32,000 nucleotides of DNA from Candidatus Saccharimonadota bacterium (GCA_965231145.1 OZ246420.1:840001-872000), one strand, 5' to 3'; counted from the stretch's first letter, positions 1 to 8,934 are shown. Made by a program: numbers and translations. Notes: generated by a model not told the origin, from the letters alone.

Positions 1-34
1 ATATCTTAGTATATCTCCTGTCCTCTTTACTGAC

Positions 35-58
35 AAAAAAAGGCTCCCCTCTGGGAGC
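35..58 (-). terminator. Intrinsic terminator downstream of the Nudix/NrtR-like gene
   Basis: Stem GCTCCC (43-48) / GGGAGC (53-58) with a 4-nt loop. It is preceded on the + strand by an A7 run (35-41), which is a U-tract on the - strand. Confidence 0.5.
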
Positions 59-145
59 AATCGGCCGCAAAAAATATCGTTTTTTTGCTATTAATGATAT
101 AATGTTTGACTTTATGCTCTTTTTGTATGATATATTAGCGATGAT

Positions 146-814
146 TTATAATATTTGCTGCACTTCAAGCTCTTTATTGATGAACTCATAAAGCGAAGCG
201 GGTCTATGGGTAACCCCCACCTCTGTTTTGTCTGTTTGTCTGATCAAATGTAGACTTTGTATTTTCTTTCTAAAATTCCTCACATCTAGGCTTTGTCCAA
301 GGATGACCTCATAGACATTTTGCAGTTGCTTCAGTGAAAAATACTTTGGCAGAAAGTACTGTGCAGCATTTGTAGATTCAAGTTTTGATCTAAGTCTTTG
401 ATAAGCATATCTGATGATTTCCAGATGATCAAATGCAAGAGACGGAAGCTCTTTGATGGAAAAATACTGCGACTTTGTAGCATCGCTTCCTGCTGTCGTT
501 TTACTATGTATCTCATGACAGATAGCCATGTATGCTGTTGTGATCACTCTACCTCTGGGATCTCTATGAGGATTTGAAAATGTATAAAGTTGTTCCAGAT
601 AGACGTTTGTTACTCATGCTTCTTCACGAAGTCTTCTTCTCGCTGCTTTTTCCAGCGACTCATCTTCGAGCACAAACCCTCATGGCAGAGCCCGATAGCC
701 TTTATATGGAGCTCCTCCTCTTTCGATAAGAAGCAGCTGCAGCGTATTATCTGTAATCGTAAAGATCACATTATCCGTTGCCACTAAGATAGACTGGATA
801 ATTTTGTCTCCCAT
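146..814 (-). CDS. Nudix hydrolase domain fused to an NrtR-like winged-helix C-terminal domain (222 aa, table 25)
   Basis: ATG at 812-814, TAA at 146-148. The Nudix box reads LP-G-GFVLEDESLEKAARRRLREEA-G-V, with both marked glycines encoded by TGA (680-682 and 614-616). The C-terminal half (FSLKQLQNVYEVILGQSLDVRNFRKKI...HRPASLYEF) resembles the NrtR wHTH domain. The 133-aa track ORF 146..547 is only the 3' part. Confidence 0.8.
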
Positions 815-988
815 GAGGTATAATATACGATTTAAAAAGACCTTGATATTGTTTTGTTTACAATATCTAATCTCATATAAGATACAAGACTTATCTCATA
901 CTTATTGTATATATCACATTAAGAGCTTGAAAGCTTATTTTATCCGCATAGAGATAGGCATGCTTTTATCTTGATTACCACTTATACG

Positions 989-1552
989 ATGAACGGAAAT
1001 GAAGCACAGTTTAAAGAAATGATGTTAGATAAAGTTTTGTTTGGCGGACTATTGGCAACACACGATGAAGATATGACCGCATGAAAAAGACTCGAGATAC
1101 TCAACGGGGTAAAAGAAGATCTCTGTGATGCACTCACCGCCTTTACTCCCGATCTTCCGCATCAGTTTAGCTCTCAAGTAGAATCCATCGTAGGTAACAT
1201 AAGAGATCAGATAGAGATGATTTGGGATGACGACGAGTTCATGGGATTTATGGAACTCTATAAGATCAAGCTTGACGGCATCAATGCGATGATGGACCAA
1301 GGTCACAAAGAGTCGGGAGATATATGATCTGAAGAACAAGATGAGAAAGACAACTTTGATGAGCACACGAATATCAGAGCGAAGATGCTTAACTTCGAAG
1401 TAAACTTTACAAAGATATATGAAAAGATGAAAGAACGCGGCCTGGAAAGCATGAGTATGAACGGTCTCAAAATGTGGATAGGTATGTTCAAAAAATCAAA
1501 TGCTGAAAGAGTTGAATGGATGAAAAGATTTTCAGACGACAAAAGTGAATAG
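989..1552 (+). CDS. Hypothetical protein (187 aa, table 25)
   Basis: ATG 989 to TAG 1550-1552 with two in-frame TGAs and no TAA/TAG. The sequence is acidic and helical (MNGNEAQFKEMMLDKVLFGG...). I recognise no family. Confidence 0.55.
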
Positions 1553-1575
1553 TATTTTTACTCTTTATCAAGGTA

Positions 1576-1599
1576 ACGACGACGACGACGACGACGACG
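1576..1599. repeat. Perfect (ACG)8 trinucleotide microsatellite abutting the ATG at 1600
   Basis: Direct reading gives aacgacgacgacgacgacgacgacg followed by ATG. It lies in the 47-nt gap between the TAG at 1550-1552 and the next start codon. Confidence 0.95.
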
Positions 1600-2340
1600 A
1601 TGATTACTACTCTCAGAACATTTACACACCAAGAAGATCCATATGGTGTTCAGACAAGCTTGGAAAAATTTCTTAAAGAGAAAAATACGGCTGCTTTGGT
1701 AGAAGTTCTGATGGACCCCTATGAGATAGGTACACACGGGTCGACCACGAAGATGATCATGATGTCAGACTATGCAAGATGTACTCCCGAAGTACAGCAA
1801 GAATTACTGGAGACATTGAACTGATTCGATCTTGCATCATTGGAAACAACAGAAAAGGTAAGAGAGATGGTTTCATTTACTTATTTAGCCCTCTCACAAG
1901 ACAGGATGTGTAAAAAGATTAAGCTGATCGTACAAGTCCGAGATAAACGAGTAGATGATTTTCGTGCTGGAAAATTCAGTTCACTTCCACTGAGCGCACA
2001 GTGAGACATACTGATCAATTCCTCTCATGGTACTCGTCCTCTCTCTGAGGAAGAAATAGATGCACTTACAGAATTACAAGCACACGAGTACTGAAGATAT
2101 TGGTCTACTCTTATGTTTAAAACTAATCCATATAAAGCTATAGACTTTGTTGCAGCTCAAAATGATGGGAAAAGGCTTACACGCTTTGCCATCATAAATG
2201 GCATCAATCAACCAGGAACACAAATAGACTCTATCAACTATATTTTCGAGAAGTATGGCTATCTACTCTCTGATGAAAATAGAAATTCGCTCAACGAATG
2301 GCGCGAATTGACTGTAGAGAAAATAGAAAAGAAAGAATAA
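1600..2340 (+). CDS. Hypothetical protein (246 aa, table 25)
   Basis: Track ORFs 1600..1824 and 2113..2340 are in the same frame (513 nt apart). They are joined through three in-frame TGAs with no TAA/TAG, and the gene ends at TAA 2338-2340. Confidence 0.6.
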
Positions 2341-2367
2341 AAAAACGACTCAGATGAGTCGTTTTTT
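2341..2367 (+). terminator. Intrinsic terminator, potentially bidirectional
   Basis: AAAAA-CGACTC-agat-GAGTCG-TTTTTT lies immediately after the stop at 2340. A-tract and T-tract flank the stem. Confidence 0.7.
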
Positions 2368-2394
2368 AGCATTTATTATACATGACTTACATAC

Positions 2395-2430
2395 GGGGAG
2401 GACGAGGCATGGCCTCGTTCCTCCACCCCC
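2395..2430. other. Long GC-rich imperfect hairpin between two terminators
   Basis: GGGGAGGACGAGGC-atg-GCCTCGTTCCTCCACCCC forms about 14 bp of pairing with small bulges. Its composition is atypical for this AT-rich window. Confidence 0.6.
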
Positions 2431-2436
2431 AACATA

Positions 2437-2465
2437 TCAAAAAGGACGCATTTTCATGCGTCCTT
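2437..2465 (-). terminator. dnaK intrinsic terminator
   Basis: Stem AAGGACGCA (2442-2450) / TGCGTCCTT (2457-2465). On the - strand it is followed by TTTTT, 28 nt downstream of the dnaK stop. Confidence 0.75.
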
Positions 2466-2492
2466 ACAAGATGGATAACCCATTCCATGGGT

Positions 2493-4391
2493 TTATTTCT
2501 CATCTGCATCGATAACCTCTCCTTGTGCCGCTCCTGCTCCAGTGCTTGGATCAATGATGTCTTCAGGATTTGGCTGATTTGCTGCGTTGTTCTGTGCACC
2601 AAATTTCTGGTACATCTTTGTGAACTCTGCTTCAAATTTTGCACATTCACTATCGATCTTTTCCTTAGTAGCATTTTCATCTTCCTTGATCGCTTTTGCT
2701 TCTGCTAACATCTTTGTGAGAAGTTCTTTTTCTTCTGCAGGAAGCTTGTCAGCATTATCTTTTTCCATAGTTTCCATCTGGTAGATAAGAGCTTCAAGCT
2801 TGTTTTTTGCTTCAACAACCTCTTTACGCTTCTTATCTTCTTCTGCGAATCTCTCCGCATCAGCTTGCGCCGCCTTGATCTCTTCATCAGAGATACCTGT
2901 TGCACCCTGGATCGTTACTTTCTGCTCCTTACCAGTTGTCTTTTCTTTCGCAGCAACATGAAGGATACCATTTGCATCGATATCAAATGTTACTTCGATC
3001 TGTGCCTGTCCTCTTTTCATCGGAGGAATACCATCAAGATTGAACTGACCAAGAGATTTATTATCTTTCGCAAACTGTCTTTCACCCTGAGTTACATGGA
3101 TCGTCACTGCTGGTTGATTGTCAGTTGCTGTGGTGTATGTGTTCGACTTCTTTGTCGGAATAGTTGTATTTCTTGGGATCATCACATGTGCGATACCACC
3201 TTCTACTTCTACTGCCAAACTCAATGGAGTAACATCGAGAAGAAGAATGTCTTTCACATCACCCTGGATGATACCTCCTTGAATCGCAGCACCCTGTGCA
3301 ACTGATTCGTCCGGATTAACAGTAGCCTTAGGCTCTTTTCCAAGAATATCTCCCACGAGTTTCTTGATCGCAGGGATACGAGTTGATCCACCCACAAGAA
3401 TGATTTCATTGATATCATCTTTACTGAGTTTACTATCTGCAAGCGCGCTCATCACTGGCTGCTTACAACGATCGATAAGATCTGCACACATCTTTTCAAA
3501 CTGTGCTTTTGTCAAAGTTTCCTGGATATGTTTCGGCTCACCCTCTACCGTAGTGATGAAAGGGATATTGATATCTACGCTATCAGTTTGTGAAAGTTGC
3601 TTCTTCGCATTTTCAGCCTCATCTTTGATACGCTGAAGAGCCATAGCATTTTTTGAAAGATCGATTCCGTTCTTTGCTTTAAATCCTGCAAGTAACCAAT
3701 CCATGATTCTCTGGTCGAAGTCAGCACCTCCAAGATGCGTGTCACCCGACGTTGAGAGAACCTGAAATGTTCCTTCAGAACCGATATCGAGAACGGTAAC
3801 GTCGAACGTTCCACCTCCGAGATCAAATACCACGATCTTTTCATCCTTGTTTCTATTTTCACCGTATGCGAGCGAAGCTGCTGTCGGTTCATTGATAATT
3901 CTTTCTACCTTAAGACCCGCGATCTCACCGGCAGCTTTCGTTGCATTACGCTGTGAGTCATTGAAGTATGCTGGTACTGTAATAACTGCTTGCGTGATTT
4001 TTTCACCAAGAAATTTTTCACAGTCTTCTTTGATCTTCTGGAGAATGAATGCAGAGATCTGCTCTGGCTTATACTCCTTTCCATCTACAACGATAAGCAC
4101 TCCCCCATCTGATCCTTCTTTGATCTCATATGGAACAGATTTATCCTGTGCAGTAAGCTCAGAAAACTTACGACCGATAAATCTTTTTACTTCGTAGATC
4201 ACATTTTTCGGTTCAAGCACTGCTTTGCGCTTTGCGAGATTTCCAACGAGAAGCTGATCTCCTTTGATATATACTGTTGATGGAGTTGTTCTTGCTCCCT
4301 CAGCATTTGAGATAACTTCTGACTTGTCATTGAGCAGGTATGCTGCACATGAGTTGGTTGTACCAAGGTCAATACCTATAACTTTTGCCAT
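2493..4391 (-). CDS. dnaK: Molecular chaperone DnaK (Hsp70), 632 aa
   Basis: Full-length Hsp70 hallmarks are present: GIDLGTTNS, DLGGGTFD, LVGGSTRIP and a C-terminal lid. The ORF is intact with no in-frame TGA. Confidence 0.98.
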   Translation of the reverse strand: MAKVIGIDLGTTNSCAAYLLNDKSEVISNAEGARTTPSTVYIKGDQLLVGNLAKRKAVLEPKNVIYEVKRFIGRKFSELTAQDKSVPYEIKEGSDGGVLIVVDGKEYKPEQISAFILQKIKEDCEKFLGEKITQAVITVPAYFNDSQRNATKAAGEIAGLKVERIINEPTAASLAYGENRNKDEKIVVFDLGGGTFDVTVLDIGSEGTFQVLSTSGDTHLGGADFDQRIMDWLLAGFKAKNGIDLSKNAMALQRIKDEAENAKKQLSQTDSVDINIPFITTVEGEPKHIQETLTKAQFEKMCADLIDRCKQPVMSALADSKLSKDDINEIILVGGSTRIPAIKKLVGDILGKEPKATVNPDESVAQGAAIQGGIIQGDVKDILLLDVTPLSLAVEVEGGIAHVMIPRNTTIPTKKSNTYTTATDNQPAVTIHVTQGERQFAKDNKSLGQFNLDGIPPMKRGQAQIEVTFDIDANGILHVAAKEKTTGKEQKVTIQGATGISDEEIKAAQADAERFAEEDKKRKEVVEAKNKLEALIYQMETMEKDNADKLPAEEKELLTKMLAEAKAIKEDENATKEKIDSECAKFEAEFTKMYQKFGAQNNAANQPNPEDIIDPSTGAGAAQGEVIDADEK

Positions 4392-4493
4392 AGTGCGTTA
4401 GATATAATGATGTAAATTGTGTCATGTTTCAAATCCTCCGGTCTCATGATGCGAGACCACCTCCTTTAATAAAGGAGGCCGCTAAAGGATCTA

Positions 4494-4519
4494 GTAGCAC
4501 GTAATCAATATAGTGCTAT
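4494..4519. promoter_or_regulatory. CIRCE-like inverted repeat 1 (HrcA-operator-like), overlapping the -10 box
   Basis: The site reads gTAGCACgt-N8-taGTGCTAt, versus the CIRCE consensus TTAGCACTC-N9-GAGTGCTAA. GCAC-to-GTGC spacing is 12 nt, versus 13 nt in the consensus. Confidence 0.45.
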
Positions 4520-4534
4520 TTTTTGTAATTTCAA
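4507..4534 (-). promoter_or_regulatory. Candidate sigma70-type dnaK promoter
   Basis: On the - strand the sequence reads TTGAAA (4529-4534), 16-nt spacer, TATATT (4507-4512). This predicts a leader of roughly 100 nt. Confidence 0.4.
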
Positions 4535-4540
4535 GAGAAA

Positions 4541-4567
4541 ATAGCACGAATTTTACTTTCGTGCTCG
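4541..4567. promoter_or_regulatory. CIRCE-like inverted repeat 2, just upstream of the -35 box
   Basis: The site reads aTAGCACga-N9-tcGTGCTcg, with the same half-site/spacer geometry as CIRCE (13 nt GCAC-to-GTGC). The arms are internally complementary (AGCACGAA/TTCGTGCT). Confidence 0.45.
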
Positions 4568-4572
4568 AATAC

Positions 4573-4599
4573 AAAAAAAGCCCGTTTAAAACTGGGCTT
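4573..4599 (-). terminator. Intrinsic terminator of the small upstream gene
   Basis: On the - strand: AAGCCC-agttttaaac-GGGCTT followed by TTTTTTT. Confidence 0.6.
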
Positions 4600-4634
4600 A
4601 TAAGCTATTAGCGTCTTATGGATAAACCGCAGAC

Positions 4635-4805
4635 CTATGATTTCTTTTTCATTCTGAACCGATTCATTTTCTTTTTCTGCAATTCATAGTCTTTATTGGT
4701 AAATGTTTGCTTTTTCTTATTTCTCAATATTTTTTCAAGCTCTTGTAGCGTGAAAGCGATAAAAACATGTGTATTACCAAGAGTTGCTACCTTAATTTTA
4801 CACAT
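4635..4805 (-). CDS. Small basic hypothetical protein (56 aa)
   Basis: Below the track's length cutoff. The context AAAGGAGGcgcatATG gives a strong SD at good spacing. The protein is MCKIKVATLGNTHVFIAFTLQELEKILRNKKKQTFTNKDYELQKKKMNRFRMKKKS, ending at TAG 4635-4637, with its own terminator downstream. Confidence 0.5.
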   Translation of the reverse strand: MCKIKVATLGNTHVFIAFTLQELEKILRNKKKQTFTNKDYELQKKKMNRFRMKKKS

Positions 4806-5018
4806 ATGCGCCTCCTTTTATGAGATGAACAAATATCAACAATAAGCATCAGTGAGTCAGCAAGCAGTAAATTATATTTCTTCATAAGTTGGTAATTTAG
4901 CATATGTTAATGAACGGATTATGTTTACTCGGAAATAGTATTCTTTGCGATTGTCAAGTCAACGATAAATCATGCTCTTTTCTAACAAAACAACAAACTA
5001 ATAATGTCCTCATATTGC

Positions 5019-5049
5019 AAAAAAAAAGACAAGGCAATGCCTTATCTCT
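5019..5049 (-). terminator. Intrinsic terminator of the two-component operon
   Basis: On the - strand: AGATAAGGC-att-GCCTTGTCT followed by T9, 22 nt after the response-regulator stop. Confidence 0.75.
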
Positions 5050-5070
5050 ACAATATGGTATTTTATTATA

Positions 5071-5715
5071 TTACATAATCCTATAGCCAAATCATTTAAT
5101 CGTTTCTATCGCATCTTTCCCCAGCTTTTTTCTGAGATTTGCCACATAAACATCTAATGTCGAATCGTTCTCCCAGCTATCTCATCACCAGATGTAGTCT
5201 ATGAGATCAGTACGAGAGACTGCATGTCACATGCGCTGCGCAAGATATTCGAGCAAGAGAAATTCTTTGAGAGGAAGTTTGACCTCCTCTCCTGCTTTGA
5301 TGACGCGTTGCTCATCTATAAGCACTTCTATATCGTGCCAACGATACACGGTAGGGATCTCTGATCTTTTTAAGATAGCTTTGATACGCATAAGTAACTC
5401 CTCAAGTGCAAATGGTTTCACCAGGTAATCATCTGCTCATGCCTCAAATCATTCTCATTTATCTTCTAACTGCCCTTTCGCCGTCGTCACAATAATAGGC
5501 ACTTTTTTCTTTTCACGCACTGCTTTAATGATCTCCATGCCATCAGCATTGGGAAGCATCCGGTCAATAATGAGCAGCTCATAGGTCTGAGAAGTCGCCT
5601 TCTCTAATCCCTCTTTACCATCATGCACCATATCGACTTCAAATCACTCAAGCTCCAAATAGCGCTTAATATTGCGAGCAATTTGCACCTGATCTTCTAC
5701 CAACAATATTTTCAT
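5071..5715 (-). CDS. OmpR/PhoB-family response regulator (214 aa, table 25)
   Basis: The receiver domain (MKILLVEDQ..., IIDRMLP, PIIVTTAKG, ADDYLVKPF) is followed by a winged-helix domain (LEYLAQRMG, VYVANLRKKL, IKGFGYRIM). By my count, eight in-frame TGAs account for 8 of 15 glycines, including ELE-G-F, EA-G-ADDY, IW-GG-D and IK-G-FGY. Confidence 0.95.
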
Positions 5716-5717
5716 AG

Positions 5718-7010
5718 TTAGAAATCTTTAGAAAATAGAAAGATTACTTTTGTTCATTGTTCACCATTTTTCTCTACTCTTACTTTCCACCCGAGGACGT
5801 CTGATAGTTTCTGCACAATAGAAAGTCCGAGGCCCACTCCATCTTGGCGGTTTTTATCCGCCTGCCGGAACGGCTGTCGGATGTTTTCTCTGTGTTCGTC
5901 AGCGATACCAATCCCTGTGTCTGCAATGATGCACGATGTATCAGTCAGAGTAATAGATATATTTCCTCCTTCCGGAGTATATTTGTATGCATTATCTATA
6001 ATGTTTGAAAGAATGCTTTCTGCTGCGCCTTCGTGTGTAGTAATGAAAACAGGAGTAGCAATATCTTTCTGGATAATAATATCTTTGCCATCATATTTTT
6101 TCTCCATGTTTTGCAATGTTCTTTCCAGAAGTGTACTCATGTTTACCTCGGTCGTCGACATTTTTCCTGTCTGCGCCATAGTTAATACCAGTAGTCCATC
6201 GAGTAACGTTTGCATCTGCTGCACCGTCAGTGTATTTTTTTCTACCAGATCATCATACTCTTTCGTCTTCTTCGCAAGATCTATGTCTGAACGCATGACC
6301 ATAAGCGGTGTTTTAAACTCATGCGACACATGAGATACAAAGTCTTTTATCGATTGGACTTGATGATGTATTTTCTTTTTCATCGTATCGATCGCTCTTG
6401 CAACTATGTTAATCTCATCATCTTCGGGAAGATGGTCCATGGTAAGATCGGTATGCAGCGTATCGATGGTCGCACTTTTTACGCCATCGGAAAGCGTATA
6501 CAGATCTCTGAGACCACGCGACACCAATCGACGAGAAAGTCAGTAACTCAGGAAAATCATAATTGTCAGGATGACAACACTGAGCCACGCAAGATCTATT
6601 TGTCTCTGTGCATTCTCAGTAATATCGAGCAAGACAATTCTTCCGTCTCTTGCGTTGTACACCATATACCAGCGATTGTCATTTGCATGAATGATATCTA
6701 CTAACTTACGTGAATAGTTCACCACATTTTCCTGAGGTCATGCTGGATAGAATACCGTCGTAGTAATAGGTCTTGTTGGCACGCCATGCACTGCGATACC
6801 AATAGGCATGACAAAGCGTTTATTTGACTGCTGTAATGCTGCCTGGAATGCCTGCATGTTATTTTGTTGTATCGCCATAGAAGTCAGCTGATCGCGATCA
6901 TTGCCGTGCCAAATCAGGAAAAAACTGACATTGATACAAAGCAATATCAGAAATGTAGAAACTGCAGTGAAAACAGAGAACTGTAATGCGATGCGTGAAG
7001 AGGTCTTCAT
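5718..7010 (-). CDS. Sensor histidine kinase (430 aa, table 25)
   Basis: Track ORFs 5754..6527, 6540..6725 and 6738..7010 share one frame and join via TGAs at 6738 and 6540. The TGA at 5754 reads through (GEQ-G-TKVIFLFSKDF) to TAA 5718-5720. The protein has two TM segments, an H-box (SHVSHEFKTPL), an N-box (NIIDNAYKYT) and G-boxes (DTGIGI, GVGLGLSIV). It ends 3 nt before the regulator ATG. Confidence 0.9.
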
Positions 7011-7060
7011 CTCATGAACTTACAAACTAATAATATTATACCAGCAGATAGATTATAGAT

Positions 7061-7108
7061 GTTAGATTTTAGCAGAAAAATGCCAATATCTAAAATCTAA
7101 GATCTAAC
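7061..7108. promoter_or_regulatory. Inverted-repeat cluster upstream of the kinase/regulator operon (candidate operator)
   Basis: Perfect 11-bp arms TTAGATTTTAG (7062-7072) / CTAAAATCTAA (7090-7100) are separated by 17 nt. A nested pair GTTAGAT (7061-7067) / ATCTAAC (7102-7108) is also present. The cluster lies 50-100 nt upstream of the kinase ATG, with further TAGAT copies at 7046-7060. Confidence 0.35.
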
Positions 7109-7161
7109 TGCTAGCAGTGAAGTATGAGAATAGTATGCTGTTAGGACCTTAAAACAAGCTT

Positions 7162-7188
7162 AAATAAAACGCCCCGATTTCTCGGAGC
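7162..7188 (-). terminator. Intrinsic terminator of the secreted repeat-protein gene
   Basis: On the - strand: GCTCCGA-gaaa-TCGGGGC (one G-U pair) followed by GTTTTATTT. Confidence 0.6.
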
Positions 7189-7212
7189 GCTCTTTGGGAT
7201 GACAACTAACAA

Positions 7213-7887
7213 TTAGTTTATTTTTTCGTTTTTGATCATTTTTACTTTCATCATCTTTTGTGGATTTTTCATGTTAGCAAATTCATCTTCTGTCATATCT
7301 GCAAACATAGGCATGTCTTTCGTTGCAGTCTTAAACGCCTCATAATCCTGAGATTCTATAGCATCATGGATAGCTTTCTGCGACGCGCGTTCTTTTACGA
7401 TGTTATCAAACTCTTCTCTCGTAGGAGTTGTCGCTTTTACATATGCGTCATAGTCATTGTTCTCAAGAGCTGTTTCTACAGCTGTATGCTTCTTTTGCAT
7501 CTCAACCATTTTAGTAAACTGCTCTTGTGTTGGCACAGTTGCATTTGAAGGTTTATTTTCATTAGCATTCCATGCAGCCACAAATGCACTGTAGTCATTA
7601 TTTTCTATAGCGGTCTTTGTTGCTTCATCGCCTCCAAAGAATCCAATGAATTTCCCAGCCATAGCAACACCTTGCTCACCGCGTCACATCATATGCATCA
7701 TGGCGGGTTTAGCAGCTCTGCTGAACATTACATTTTGGCCTCCTGATATCTGCATCGTTCTTGCAGTAAATGTAGGAGTTGCTGAGCTTACTGTTGTTGC
7801 TTCATTTGCGGATGCCATAGAGAGAGCACCAATAGTCAAAGCAGATCCAAGTCCGATACCCGCCAAGATAAGTGATTTGTTTTTCAT
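7213..7887 (-). CDS. Secreted protein with three internal helical repeats (224 aa, table 25)
   Basis: Track ORFs 7213..7662 and 7684..7923 share a frame and join at TGA 7684-7686. I place the start at MKNKSLILAGIGLGSALTIGALSMASA, which is signal-peptide-like. Three repeats are visible: AIENNDYSAFVAAW, ALENNDYDAYVKAT and AIESQDYEAFKTAT. Confidence 0.7.
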
Positions 7888-8055
7888 CTGAGATATATAC
7901 ATAAAGTATAAAAGCGTGTGCACACTATTCCACTAAATGGGAACGACGCTCTTATACGGACGAATATTAACTAAATCTTAATAATGTATAAAACGTAAGA
8001 CACAAGACACTTCTTTCCGCACTAACAAACTCAGCAGACTTTTGCGAGATGTATT

Positions 8056-8079
8056 AAAAAAACTCTGCAATAGCAGAGT
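8056..8079 (-). terminator. Intrinsic terminator
   Basis: On the - strand: ACTCTGC-tatt-GCAGAGT followed by T7, 22 nt after the TAA at 8101. Confidence 0.75.
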
Positions 8080-8100
8080 CTTTATAAAATGAATATGTTA

Positions 8101-8769
8101 TTATTTTCTCATATCAATACTGCTAGATGAATCTGACATGTCGGCATATTTATTTTTTTTATCAAACATAAGCTTAAGCAATTTCAATCTTATGATCAGA
8201 AATGCTTCAAACTCTGCTGTCTTAGTAGAATCAATATATGGCTGAACAGCTGTCTTATATGCTGCCACTGCAATTTCGGCTTGATTGTCCCACAATGTTT
8301 TTGGCATTGGAGTGCCTGCCTTTACGCCATCATCATAGGCTTTATTCATATTTTTTTGTGCTGCAAGAAAATCCTTTATCGCTTTTATGACTGCCTCTCC
8401 AAAAGCAAGCTTCTCCTCTCTTGTCGGCGTCTTAAGATAGCGAACAACATAACCATTTTCTTCACGATATGCTTTTACATCTTCAGCGTTTTGTTGTACT
8501 ATAGCCTTAATGACTGTTCCTGTCTTAACTACCTGGCCTGTTGTAGGAACAGGAAGTTTTATTCCGGTTGAAGTTTTCACATTTCCTGTCATAGCAGGAG
8601 CAGGTTTTTTCACTGGCACTACTGGACGCTTATCAAGAAGTTTTTTAAGTGCAGGACGAACAAGTGGTTTTGTCACAGTTTTTGTAGGCGCTACCGGAAG
8701 TGTTTGTGTCGCAAATGCAGCTCCTGTAAGAGCAAGTACGCTAACAGCGAGAATAAGGTATTTTTTCAT
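8101..8769 (-). CDS. Secreted hypothetical protein (222 aa)
   Basis: Intact ORF ending in TAA. It has an N-terminal signal peptide (MKKYLILAVSVLALTGAAFA) and a Pro/Lys/Thr/Val-rich linker. It contains no TGA. Confidence 0.8.
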   Translation of the reverse strand: MKKYLILAVSVLALTGAAFATQTLPVAPTKTVTKPLVRPALKKLLDKRPVVPVKKPAPAMTGNVKTSTGIKLPVPTTGQVVKTGTVIKAIVQQNAEDVKAYREENGYVVRYLKTPTREEKLAFGEAVIKAIKDFLAAQKNMNKAYDDGVKAGTPMPKTLWDNQAEIAVAAYKTAVQPYIDSTKTAEFEAFLIIRLKLLKLMFDKKNKYADMSDSSSSIDMRK

Positions 8770-8882
8770 AATGTGCGTCTATGAATTATAAAGATACCAT
8801 ATCAATATATGCAACTCTCTATCAAAGACAACTGTTGTTTTTTTCTTGCTCTGCAAAAGACATATTTCGGCTAAGCAAGCAC

Positions 8883-8910
8883 TTGACTTCTTTCTTTCGA
8901 AAATTACAAT
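8883..8910 (+). promoter_or_regulatory. Candidate sigma70-type promoter for the 8935 gene
   Basis: TTGACT (8883-8888), 16-nt spacer, TACAAT (8905-8910), 24 nt upstream of the ATG. Confidence 0.4.
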
Positions 8911-8934
8911 TATCGGGCACTAAAACACATACTC

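Noticed and set aside
2382-4197. Numerous + strand and off-frame ORFs overlapping dnaK (2382..2708, 2587..2784, 2865..3305, 3364..3636, 3847..4197 and - strand off-frame ones).
   Set aside because: They are shadow ORFs of a strongly supported, full-length dnaK. Their translations are low-complexity Ser/Leu/Cys-rich sequences with no recognisable motifs.
4635-4805. The small basic 56-aa protein as ribosomal protein S21 or another small ribosomal protein.
   Set aside because: The only resemblance is its basic composition. I could not align it to the S21 pattern or to the L33/L34/L36 signatures I know.
5881-6704. Plus-strand ORFs 5881..6333 and 6321..6704 opposite the histidine kinase.
   Set aside because: They are antisense shadows of a kinase with clear H, N and G boxes, and have no motifs of their own.
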